Origin: Eledone cirrhosa
Taxonomy: Eukaryota
Direction: 5' to 3'
Assembly: GCA_964016885.1 (NCBI GenBank)
Contig: OZ024743.1
Span: 369,644,001-369,708,000 of the forward strand
Length of the DNA stretch: 64,000 nt
Notes under the pieces: model-generated
Databases searched by the model: none
What the model was told of the DNA's origin: nothing
The model's input: the letters and a program-made list of their open reading frames with translations, nothing else
Shown: one piece after another, positions 53,752-64,000 of the stretch
Position numbering within the stretch: the first letter of the stretch is position 1
How the letters are laid out: every line of letters begins with the position of its first letter
Translations under genes and position numbers: made by a program

Positions 53752-55045
53752 TAGAGGCTAGGTGCAGGAGAAGTGTGTCGAGCAGAACATGGACCTCTTT
53801 GCTGTCTTCATAGACTTGACGAAGGCATTCGACACTGTCAACAGGGAGGTCCTCTGATCGATCCTGTCGAAGTTTGGATGCCCGACAAAGTTTGTGAACC
53901 TGATGCGGCAATTCCACGACGACATGACCGGACAGGTGCGCTCGAGTGGAGAGGCATCGGAGCCGTTCGGAATCACCAACTGCGTCAAGCAAGGATGCGT
54001 GCTGGCTCCCATCCTCTTCATCCTGTTCTTCACCTGTGTGCTCAATCATGCCGTCACGGCATGTATCTGCGATACAGACTGGACAGCTCTCTGTTTGACC
54101 TGCAGCGCCTGACGGCCAAGACAAGGACTGTGCAGAGGATCGTCCTGGAGGCACTTTTTGCTGACGACTGTGCCCTCATGGCCCACAGGGAGTCTGACCT
54201 CCAACTCATCGTCAACAAGTTCGCGGAGGCCTCCTGCCTCTTTGGTCTCACAATTAGCCTTGGCAAGACTGAGGTCCTGATCCAGCCTGCACCTGCCTCC
54301 GTTGCCCACCCTCCTTCCATCTCCATCAGAGGCACCCAGTTAGAGACGGTGGACGACTTCAAGTACCTCGGTAGTGTCATCAGCAGCGATGGAAGCCTCT
54401 ACAAGGAGATAAACGCCAGGATCTGCAAGGCCAGTCAAGCCCTTGGCCGCCCGAGGACACGCGTCCTGAACCAGCACAACATCAGGTAGTCCACCAAGCT
54501 CAAGGTGTACAGGGCCGTTGTTCTCACCAGCCTCCGCTCCGGATGTGAGACATGGACCCTGTACAGAAGGCACCTGAAGCAGCTGGAACGGTTCCACATG
54601 CGCAGCCTGCGGTCAATCATGAACATCAAATGGCAGGACAAGGTCTCCAACATCGAAGTTCTTGACATGGCTGAGACAACCAGTGTCAAAGCTATGATAC
54701 TGAAGAGCCAACTTCGATGGGTGAGACATGTCATCCAGATGGACAATCACAGGCTTCCGAAGCAACTGATGTATGGGGAAGTCTGTTCGGGGAAACGAAG
54801 CGGGGCAGGCCTCTCAAGAGGTTCAAAGACTGCGTGAAGTCCAGTATCAACAACACTGGAATCGCCCCAAAACAACGAGTCTCATGCTTAGGACAGGACT
54901 GAGTGGCAAGCCCTTACCAGATGTGCCAAAGCCTCTTTTGAAGAGAAGAGACGGGCATAGGTCACTGAGGCCCGTGAAAGGCATCAACAGCTGCCCCAAG
55001 CGACTCCGGTCTCTTCCCCTGCGCCACTGTCCCCGGACCTGCAAG

Positions 55046-55047
<2 letters not shown>
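53752..55047 (+). mobile_element. GC-rich RTE-clade (BovB-like) LINE, 5'-truncated
   Basis: FIDLTKAFDTV, VKQGCVLAPILF, YRLDSSLFDLQRLTAKT, LFADDCAL, FKYLGS, YRAVVLTSL.SGCETW; a few frameshifts. Confidence 0.9.
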
Positions 55048-55090
<43 letters not shown>

Positions 55091-55360
55091 CAATGATATT
55101 AAATAAATGGAAACTATATTTCTAAAACCATATTTATTCTATTATATATATTTCAAGGGTACCAAAAACAGTTGAATTTTCCTTGGATATCCAAGGAAAA
55201 TTCAACTGATAAGGTATGTTCCTTGGCTATGTCAAATTTATAAAACACACTTTGTATTTAATCTGATGAAAGCGTACCAAAGTTTTTGGTACCCTTGAAA
55301 TATATATAATAGAATAAATATGGTTTTTTAAATATAGTTTCCATTTATTTAATATCATTG
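55091..55360. repeat. Nested fold-back: 79-bp inverted repeat (55091-55169 / 55282-55360) plus a perfect 40-bp palindrome (55169-55208)
   Basis: Direct reverse-complement match; about 2 mismatches in the outer arms. Confidence 0.92.
55255..55316 (+). ncRNA. Type I hammerhead ribozyme, same family as 50939
   Basis: TATTTAAT-CTGATGA-AAGCGTACCAAA-GTT-TTTGGTACCCTT-GAAA-TATATA-TA-ATAGAATA; downstream ~40 nt shared with 51000-51043. Confidence 0.85.
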
Positions 55361-55452
55361 AATATTTACTACAGAAACTGTTGAGTGCTCTGAATCAGTT
55401 ATAAACATTTATTGTTGAATTTCCAACAAATTAAATATCCCTTCTACTTATA

Positions 55453-55683
55453 CTCCCGCTATACCCACACATTAAGGAGAACATATAAACATACATTCAT
55501 CCAGAGAGGCACGTATACACATAGACACATGCCCACAGGCCTATGTACATAAACATGCACACATGCATACGCGTATGTATACACGTACACACAAACACGC
55601 ACAGACATGTATGTAGACCCCCCCTCCACCCACGCACGTACCCATATATACACGCACAGATACACACTCGCTCGTAAATACGC

Positions 55684-55716
<33 letters not shown>

Positions 55717-57213
55717 AACAAGCCCTTTCCCTACAGGGGTGCTTGTACACACACACACAGGCCCATATACACTCCCACAAATATGCGCATATTCCCATAC
55801 ACACCCACACATGCATAAAAAATATATAAAAGAAATAATATTATACATATATATATATCTGTACATATATACACATAAACAGAATATACACACAGTCAAA
55901 TAAAGATACACAATGGGTCGTACATGAAAGGACGCATCTTGTTATAAACATGTACACATATAAAAAATACATACATACACATGTATATATATACATATAC
56001 ATACATATACGCATATACATATATATAAAAAAAAATATAAAATATATTAAAAATATTAAAAACATTAAAAATATACATATAACTGTTTCTACTTTAGGCA
56101 CAAGGCCAGCAAATACCCAGTGCATTACTGGTACTTTATTTTATCGACCCCGTAAGGATGAAAGGCAAAGTCAACCTCGGCGGGATTTTAACTCAGATCG
56201 TAAAGGGATGTAACTATGCTGGAAAGCATGGCGTCCGACCTTTTACCGATACTGCCAATCCACCGCCCTTAAATATACATATAACGGCACATAGAGATAC
56301 ACAGTGTTCTATACATGAAAGGGTGCGCCCAGTTGTACGTGTCTACAGAGATGTTGTTACGTTGCGACCATGGATCAATCCAGGTATGGAATCTTCACGC
56401 AAGGCCACATAATGGGCGTTCATGGTATTACAGTACATAGTATGCTCAGACCGTACAAAGAAAATGCGTACAGAATATATATAAAAAAACAAGAAGGAAC
56501 GTGTATGCATATGAGGTAGTACACAAGATAGGTATGAGATACACACGTGAGTCTGCATATGGAAAATGCGTTAGGTGTTACAAAAAGGAATACGTGGAGG
56601 GTATGCACTCTCTATTGAAAAGATACACCTGCAGTGGGGTGCGTAGACCGGCTATACTGGAGTATGTCACTGTGGTTGAGGTATAGTGTCTTATTGGTGT
56701 AAGGCATTTGACCGAATATCAATGGAATCCGGGTCAACCTGTCTCGGCTGAGGTGATGATCTTGCCTAGGGTGACGTGCACAGTCGGATTGGCATCCTGG
56801 GTTGCTTCGGCTTACCCCACGGGGCATATATGGTCAACAGGGTATGGTGTCTGATCTCTTGAACCCGTTTCGCCGCTTTGGTCGGCGTGCGCATATTTGT
56901 GGATAGTGTATATGGGCCTGTCTGTGTGTATGTATATATAAAATGATGATGATGATGATATATATGCGTGTTTATGAGCGAGTGTGTATCTGTGCGTGTA
57001 TATATGGGTGCGTGGGTGTAGGAGGGTGGGTATACGTACATGTCTGTGCATGTTTGTGCGTACGTGTATACATACGCGTATGCATGTGTATGAGCATGTG
57101 TGCGTGTTTATGTATATAGGCCTGTGGGCATGTGTCTATGTATATACGTGCCTCTCTGGATGAATGTATGCGTATGTTTATATGTTCTCCTTAATGTGTG
57201 GGTATAGCGGGAG
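55453..57213. repeat. ~330-bp inverted repeat (55453-55789 / 56888-57213) with ~1.1-kb spacer
   Basis: CTCCCGCTATACCCACACATTAAGGAGAACATATAAAC..CCACAAATATGCGCA is matched by its reverse complement. Confidence 0.85.
56081..56267 (-). mobile_element. SINE family 1
   Basis: Similar to 20823-21007. Confidence 0.85.
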
Positions 57214-57245
57214 CCTATACGTACAACTGTCGGTACCTATGTGGT

Positions 57246-57293
<48 letters not shown>

Positions 57294-57677
57294 TGCGTGC
57301 ATGCGTGCGCGCGTGTGGATGTGTGGACTACCAAACACAGCAGTAATTCAATGAAGTGTAGCAGACATGCGACGGCGAAATAATAACTGTGGTCAGTATT
57401 TATACGTAGGCAACCAGCGGCCAATCACTGGACGCGTGAAGAGGATGAAGTTTTTGACAGTACTGGCCCCCAGGGTCAGATACCTCAGTGGAAGAATATA
57501 CTCCAAAATCATTAGACGTGTCTATCAAACCTGCGGGTCCAGAATCAGACAGATTCACACAATGATCGCGTCACGAGCTGACTGCCGGCGAAACAATTGT
57601 AACACAAATTAGAGTTCAGATGCATCACTGATTTTTTTTTTGTTTTATAGTATGTTATATTATATATATATGCTTTC

Positions 57678-57814
57678 TAGCATAGTTACGTCCCTTTACA
57701 GTCTGAGTTCAAATCCCACCGAGGTTAACTTTATCTTTCATCCTTACGGGGTCGATGAAATAAAGTACCAGTAATGTACTGGGTAATTGCTGGCCTTGTG
57801 CCTAAAGTAGAAAC

Positions 57815-57819
<5 letters not shown>
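57678..57819 (+). mobile_element. SINE family 1, 5'-truncated
   Basis: B-box, body and tail as in other copies. Confidence 0.8.
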
Positions 57820-57850
<31 letters not shown>

Positions 57851-57914
57851 CAAGTAAGTATGTTTTGAAACAGTGAGCAGAAATTAGAAAATAGAATAGC
57901 TTTCACCGTATTTT

Positions 57915-58060
57915 TGACTAAAGGAATTTTAGCCTGATAATGGGGTTTAGAACCCTCAGATAAATGGAAAAAGATGAGTATTGACGTACGTCAATACTCA
58001 TCTTTTTCCATTTATCTGAGGGTTCTAAACCCCATTATCAGGCTAAAATTTCTTTAGTCA
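57915..58060. repeat. Spacer-less palindrome, 73-bp arms
   Basis: Centre TTGACGT|ACGTCAA at 57987/57988; one mismatch seen. Confidence 0.95.
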
Positions 58061-58094
58061 TATATATATATATGTATAAACATATGTATATTGC

Positions 58095-58376
58095 AATAGC
58101 CTGGGATTCAAGGGCCCTCAACTCTTCAACAAGCTGCCGAGGGATCTGAGAGATCTGCATGGTGTGGAGGTGGATGTATTCAAGAAACATCTCGACACCT
58201 TGCTATCCAGGACCCCGGATGATCCCACAGCAAGGCAGAAGGGAAACCTAAGGGCAGCAGCAACAAACTCCCTCTTACACTAGTGGCCAACCAATACAGG
58301 CTGGAGATAAAATGTGTAGCAAAAAGGGTGGTGCCCCAGCATGGCCTCAGCCGGATGGCTGGAACAGGTAAAAGAT
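58095..58376 (+). mobile_element. 3' end of a CR1-group LINE
   Basis: SLGFKGPQLFNKLPRDLRDLHGVEVDVFKKHLDTLL..PDDP..AAATNSL*; 3' UTR GGTGGTGCCCCAGCATGGCC. Confidence 0.8.
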
Positions 58377-58442
58377 TAATATATGTTTACATGTATATAT
58401 ATATATATGTATATACATATGTATGTATATATATATATATGC

Positions 58443-58739
58443 ATCCACACCACCCCTTTCAATGTAAAGTTATGTTGGTACCACAACATCCAGCCCGAAA
58501 CAAATGAGGTTGTGTAGGTGTCACGACAAAAAACACACAGTCCACGCTGTAATGTGGCCATGTAGGTAACACGGTAAAAACCTCCCAGTCCCACACTGTA
58601 AATGTGGTTGGTGTTAGGAAGGGCATCCAGCCGCAGACAGTCCTATGCGAGCAAAACAACCACTCTTGCCTCAAGTGGGAAAACTCCCGTCCAAACCCAT
58701 GCAAGCGTTGAATATGGACGTTAAACGATGATGATGATG

Positions 58740-58741
<2 letters not shown>
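58443..58741 (+). mobile_element. 3' UTR/tail fragment of RTE family B
   Basis: Near-identical to 50080-50390. Confidence 0.9.
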
Positions 58742-58814
<73 letters not shown>

Positions 58815-58968
58815 TATGTATATATATATATATATACATATGTATATATATATGTGTATATATACATATATATGTATATATATATATATATACATATGTA
58901 TATATATATGTATATATATACATATATATGTATATACATATCTATATATATATATATGTATATACATA

Positions 58969-59004
<36 letters not shown>

Positions 59005-59126
59005 GGAGTTGAGTAATATTGTAAAACAATAAAACTATGCATATATTAGATAAGTAACACTGAACAGTTGGTAGAACTGGAGTATATATAAAGAAGAAAT
59101 TAAAAGATGGTTAAAAAAGTTCCATA

Positions 59127-59196
59127 TATTTTATTATGCACATTTCGAAAACAACATCTTCCTGGGACAAAAATTGTGTTCTCCTCAGATAAAATA
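59127..59196 (-). ncRNA. Type I hammerhead ribozyme
   Basis: TATTTTAT-CTGAGGA-GAACACAAT..GTTGTTTTC-GAAA-TGTGCA-TA-ATAAAATA: 8-bp stem I, intact core. Confidence 0.85.
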
Positions 59197-59338
59197 AGGT
59201 AACATGATATGAGGCCTAAAAACACTTGTGAACAAGAAAGTGTCCAGTCTACATATGACAAAAATATAAGAGAAGAGAAAAAAATAGGAAAAATGAAGAA
59301 AAGGAAACAAGGAAAAATATGTATATATATATATATAC

Positions 59339-59720
59339 ATATTGGTAAACGGAATAGAAAATGCTGACAAATTGTTCAAAGTTGAAAAATGGTTTAATTA
59401 GGAATAAAAGAGTATTAGTAATTGTATGGGTTAGTATTCAGTTGTGTTTTTAAGTTTTTACCTGTTGCGCATTTCTAAATGCTTTTCAAAAATAATTTTG
59501 AGATAGAGTGTCCGTGCTGTTTGCTCTGATCAGAGCAAACAGCACGGACACTCTATCTCAAAATTATTTTTGAAAAGCATTTAGAAATGCGCAACCGGTA
59601 AAAACTTAAAACCACAACTGAATACTAACCCATACAATTACTAATACTCTTTTATTCCTAATTAAACCATTTTTCAACTGTGAACAATTTGTCAGCATTT
59701 TCTATTCCGTTTACCAATAT
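59339..59720. repeat. Spacer-less palindrome, 191-bp arms, derived from a PLE 3' end
   Basis: Centre CTCTGA|TCAGAG at 59529/59530; 3 mismatches seen; the arm encodes KNLKPQLNTNPYNYLILF, resembling the GIY-YIG terminal KPxLN. Confidence 0.95.
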
Positions 59721-59872
59721 ATAATAACTTGTGTGTTACACCTCTATTCTTTTAACTATATATACATATATATACATATCTATATATATGTATATACATA
59801 CGTATATATATATATATATTTATATATATGTATATACATATATATATAGATATGTATATATATATACATATA

Positions 59873-60931
59873 TCTATATATTAATTTGAACAATGTCAGT
59901 ATTCCGTGTGTCATAATTCTTGATTATCATTGGTTCATAGGTTTCAAACGACTCCGCCCACCTCAACGACGCCAAACCTAAATTAATATGCATAATGCCA
60001 ATGAGGGAGTGAGAGGGGAGAGTAAGAAACAGAGAGGCAAAGTGAACGCTGTAACTATTACCATGTATGCGTGTGTATGTACGTGCACGTATGTTTATGT
60101 GTGTGTGCATGCGTGCAGCGTTCCACAGAAAGTAAAAACTATCAACATGTGTGAGTGTGTAAGTGCACGGGTGCGTGAGTGTGTAAGTGCACGGGTGCGT
60201 GTATGTGTGAGTACGTGGGGCGTTCCACAATCGCAACGCAGTTTATCTGTCTGTGTGCCTGTCTGTCAGTCTAACATACACAGAGTTATGAAGGGAGTAA
60301 ATAGGGACATTTTTTTACATTGATGGACATCTTTTATATTTATTATTGTGTCATTTTTTGACAATTGCTTGAAATAAAAGCAATTCGACTTTATCAAACA
60401 GTGAACTACAGTGGCGATGGCGTGCAGCCAGGTATGAAGAAAAACGGGCCGAACAGCGCCATCGGAACGCCGAACTTCAGAGACGAAGAGGAGCTGGCTG
60501 AACAACGCCGACGAAACACTGGAGCCAAGCAGCGACGGCATGCTGCAATGGTTGAAGACGAACTGGCTGAGCATCATCTTTTATATTAATTATCTATATC
60601 TACATATAATATAAAGGATTGTAACTTCCATCATCCTTTTGAGAAACGTGGAACAACCACGTCTCTGCATTGATATGCGTTTTACAGTCAGGCAGAAGAT
60701 GAACCATCTCCTAGAGGTTACTATTCTAGATGGGAGCACCTAGAATTGTTCATATACAACGAGGAATCTGGTATATCTGGAAGATTTTTTTTTTACTGTT
60801 CTCTGTATCACACAGACACCACGGACTCGACTCATACTGTAACCAGACAAACATCCAATACAGTCATTTTCTCTTTTACCTGTCTTCTCTTAACATCTAT
60901 TTACGCGGGTAAAGCTGGGTACGTCAGCTAG
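59873..60931 (+). mobile_element. Non-autonomous Helitron, possibly composite
   Basis: A|TCTATAT-like starts at 59873 and ~60593; 3' end GCTGGGTACGTCAGCTAG|T nearly matches the 28232 element; R/E-rich ORF remnant 60365-60589. Confidence 0.65.
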
Positions 60932-61049
60932 TATGTATATATGGAAAAAATGAAATTTCATTTCTCACTCTTAGTACGACTGATACGTATACATACTTAT
61001 ATGTATATACATATCTCTATATATATATATATAGATATGTATATACATA

Positions 61050-61083
<34 letters not shown>

Positions 61084-61332
61084 TATGTATATACATATAT
61101 AGAGATATGTATAATATATATATACATACGTATATATATATTATACATATCTCTATATATATATATGTATATATATATATTTATATACATATATATATAT
61201 ATATACATACGTATATATATATTATACATATCTCTATATATGTATATATATATATTTATATACATATATATATGTATATACATACGTATATATATATATA
61301 GATGTGGTTACACAACAGTTAGTTCACCATAC

Positions 61333-61366
61333 CGAGAACAATTGTTTCACCTTAGCTGATCTTCAG
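61333..61366 (-). ncRNA. Probable decayed hammerhead
   Basis: CTGAAGA-TCAGCTAAGGT-GAAA-CAATTG-TT: core and palindromic stem III intact, stems I and II imperfect. Confidence 0.45.
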
Positions 61367-61427
61367 CCTAACTCGTCCCATGGCCTGAGTGCTCTACCAC
61401 TACAGATATTACCTTCCAGTGTTCTAC

Positions 61428-61462
<35 letters not shown>

Positions 61463-61655
61463 ATGTTGAAAAGGTAACACACTAGAGAGAGATACAGTGC
61501 GCCATCATTAAAACAGGAAAAAACCACCAGTGTATGGAATCTATATATGTATAATATATATGTGTATATATATGTATATATATATGTATATACATGTATA
61601 TATGTATGTATATATATATATGTATATATATATGTATATATATATATATATATAT

Positions 61656-61977
61656 GGAGGCACATGGCTTAGTGGTTAGAGCATTGGCCTTGCAATCGAA
61701 AGGTTGTGAGTTCAATTCTCAGACCGGGTGATGTGTTGTTTCCTTGAGCAAGACACTTTATTTCACATTGCTCCAGTTTACTCAGCTGTAGAAATGAGAT
61801 GATAGGACTGAGGTCCCTATCATTCGACTGTAAAGTGGTCGTGTAGGGGCCACGACAAAAAAGCACCCAGCACTTACTATAATATTAGGAAGGGCATCCA
61901 GCTGTAGAAATCAAGCCAGAATCAGTTCCCGTCCCACCCTTGCAAGCAAGGAAAAGCGGACGTAAAATGATGATGAT
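61656..61977 (+). mobile_element. tRNA-derived SINE, family 2 (full length, RTE-type tail)
   Basis: A-box TGGCTTAGTGG, B-box GAGTTCAATTC, body CCTTGAGCAAGACACTT and AGGAAGGGCATCCAGCTGTAGAAA, tail matching the RTE family A 3' end. Confidence 0.9.
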
Positions 61978-62312
61978 ATATATACATATGTATATATATA
62001 CGGATATATATATATGTATATATATACTTGTATGTATATATCTACTTGTTTATAGATATATGTTTATTGAAAGAAACAAAGTATTAATATGAAAGGTCTG
62101 TTTGGGAACTGGTTTTGAATTGACCAATAGAAAAGAGTTAGAGGTCAAGTTGATAGAATAACAGTAGTAGAACTTGATGCTAGGAGTGGAGGAATGTAAA
62201 TTTATGCTTTGAATGAAATGAATACAATGGGGAAGAGAAAGATAGGGGTTATAATGAGGTCAAATCAAGGAGATAGTGAAGGAGTCCTAAAGAATTTGTG
62301 TTATTAAAAACT

Positions 62313-62879
62313 GCTTTTTTCTTAGAGTTATTTAATTGTAAGAGACTACTCTGAGTTTCTAACTCACTATATATTTGTCGGCTCCATCATGTACAGCTAA
62401 TTTTAATGTCCTGTCAACCAGGCTGCTATTTTTAGAAGCAGGGAATTTCGAGACAAGCTGGGTTCTGAAAACACGTGCGATGATTCTTATCACAAACAAT
62501 TCAGTCTCTAATATATATAAGTGGAAGGATCACTAATTTCTCAACAACTACTGATGAGCAGAGAAGAGTGTGAACTTCACTTAATAAGATGTTGCGAAAC
62601 AGTCTCCAATACTGTCTAGTTGTTACCAGGCGATTTGCCCAATATAGGTCTGTTATTTTTCTTAATTTAATATTTAAAATTAAGTCTAACAAACCATATT
62701 GCTGTAGTTAGTATTTTTTCACCCTAGCAAACTTGGTCTTTACGATTCGAACACATGTATGTTTATATTAATGTTCATCTCTCTTGTTTATTCAATTATA
62801 TTGTACGGCTCGGAAAAGCTTTTTTCTTAGAGCTATTTAATTGTAAGAGACTACTCTGAGTTTCTAACTCACTATATAT
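62313..62879. repeat. 62-bp direct repeat (62313-62374 / 62818-62879)
   Basis: GCTTTTTTCTTAGAG.TATTTAATTGTAAGAGACTACTCTGAGTTTCTAACTCACTATATAT twice, one mismatch. Confidence 0.85.
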
Positions 62880-63016
62880 ATATGTATATATATATATGTA
62901 TATATATATGTGTATGTATGCATATGTATGTGTATATGTACATATATATACATATATATATATACATATACATATATATATATAAAAACTTAATTGTTAT
63001 ATATATATACATATAC

Positions 63017-63053
<37 letters not shown>

Positions 63054-63070
63054 CATATATATACATATAC

Positions 63071-63105
<35 letters not shown>

Positions 63106-63380
63106 CATATATATATACATATACATACATATATACATATATATATATACATATATATACATATACATATACATATATATACATATACATATATACATAT
63201 ACATATATACATATACATATATACATATACATATACATATATACATACAGATATATATATATATATGTATATATATACATATACATATATATGTATGTAA
63301 AAGGTAAACAGAAATAACACGATCGGTACATTATTTGGAAGGAATATATTAAGTTAACGCTTGATATAGCAGGAAGAGGG

Positions 63381-63416
63381 TCTTAACGTTTCGGACGCTC
63401 GTCCTTCATCAGAAGA
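63381..63416 (-). ncRNA. Minimal type I hammerhead ribozyme
   Basis: TCTT-CTGATGA-A-GGAC-GAGC-GTCC-GAAA-CG-TT-AAGA: intact core, palindromic AACGTT stem III typical of dimeric minimal hammerheads. Confidence 0.9.
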
Positions 63417-63930
63417 AAGATTGAGAAATAAGATAGATTGAGGGGACGGGCTGGATGGAATTGGAAAAAATGTCTTTAGATAAAAATAACAGGTCCATTC
63501 CTGTTGACAAAACTGTTGGTGCTGGCGTTTTGTGTATAATTTGTTTTATGCACATGTATATATATATATATATATATATAGATATAGATAGGTAAATATA
63601 CACGGGTGTGTATGATTGTGTATAGAAGATTATATTAATAAAAGGAATTCCAACTTTGTCTGATTTACTTGTTTTATTTACAATCCTTTAAAATTATAAT
63701 GGCATTAGAATGAAATAGTATGGTAGAATATTAAATGTTAAGTGTTAATTGAACAAGTACGTTCATGCTTTCGCAATCTTCAGGTTCATATTCTGTGGTG
63801 ACAGTCAAGTTTGCAATTTTCACATATACATATATACACACGTGTATGTATGTATATATGTGTATGTATATATATATATACATATATGTATATATATATG
63901 TATATATATATATATATGTATATATATATG

Positions 63931-64000
<70 letters not shown>

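Noticed and set aside
61656-61730. tRNA gene
   Set aside because: A and B boxes are present, but there is no proper acceptor stem and it continues into a SINE body and tail with another copy at 39424

Overview
AT-rich, microsatellite-dense animal genomic DNA. The SINE/RTE repertoire and (TA)n/(CA)n load suggest an octopod cephalopod, which is my inference. The only host exon I can support is 5147-5288 (+), encoding the second C4 zinc finger of an NR1-type nuclear receptor. The rest appears intronic and is packed with mobile DNA: a decayed CR1-type LINE, several RTE families (two carrying a PHD-like C4HC3 finger inside the RT), a GC-rich BovB-like RTE, tRNA-derived SINEs, and non-autonomous Helitrons (one with a 159-bp tandem array, one with a Pif1-helicase remnant). 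Penelope-like elements (PLEs) are also present, including one uninterrupted RT+GIY-YIG ORF. The strongest signal not shown by the ORF track is a swarm of about 10-12 minimal type I hammerhead ribozyme motifs between 27.9 and 63.4 kb. They lie mostly in short PLE-derived units inserted in (TA)n, are often followed by AATAAA, and are mostly antisense to the host gene. Several near-perfect, spacer-less fold-back palindromes accompany them. Most short ORFs in the track are microsatellite or antisense artefacts. Element boundaries were read by eye and are approximate unless a terminal motif is cited.
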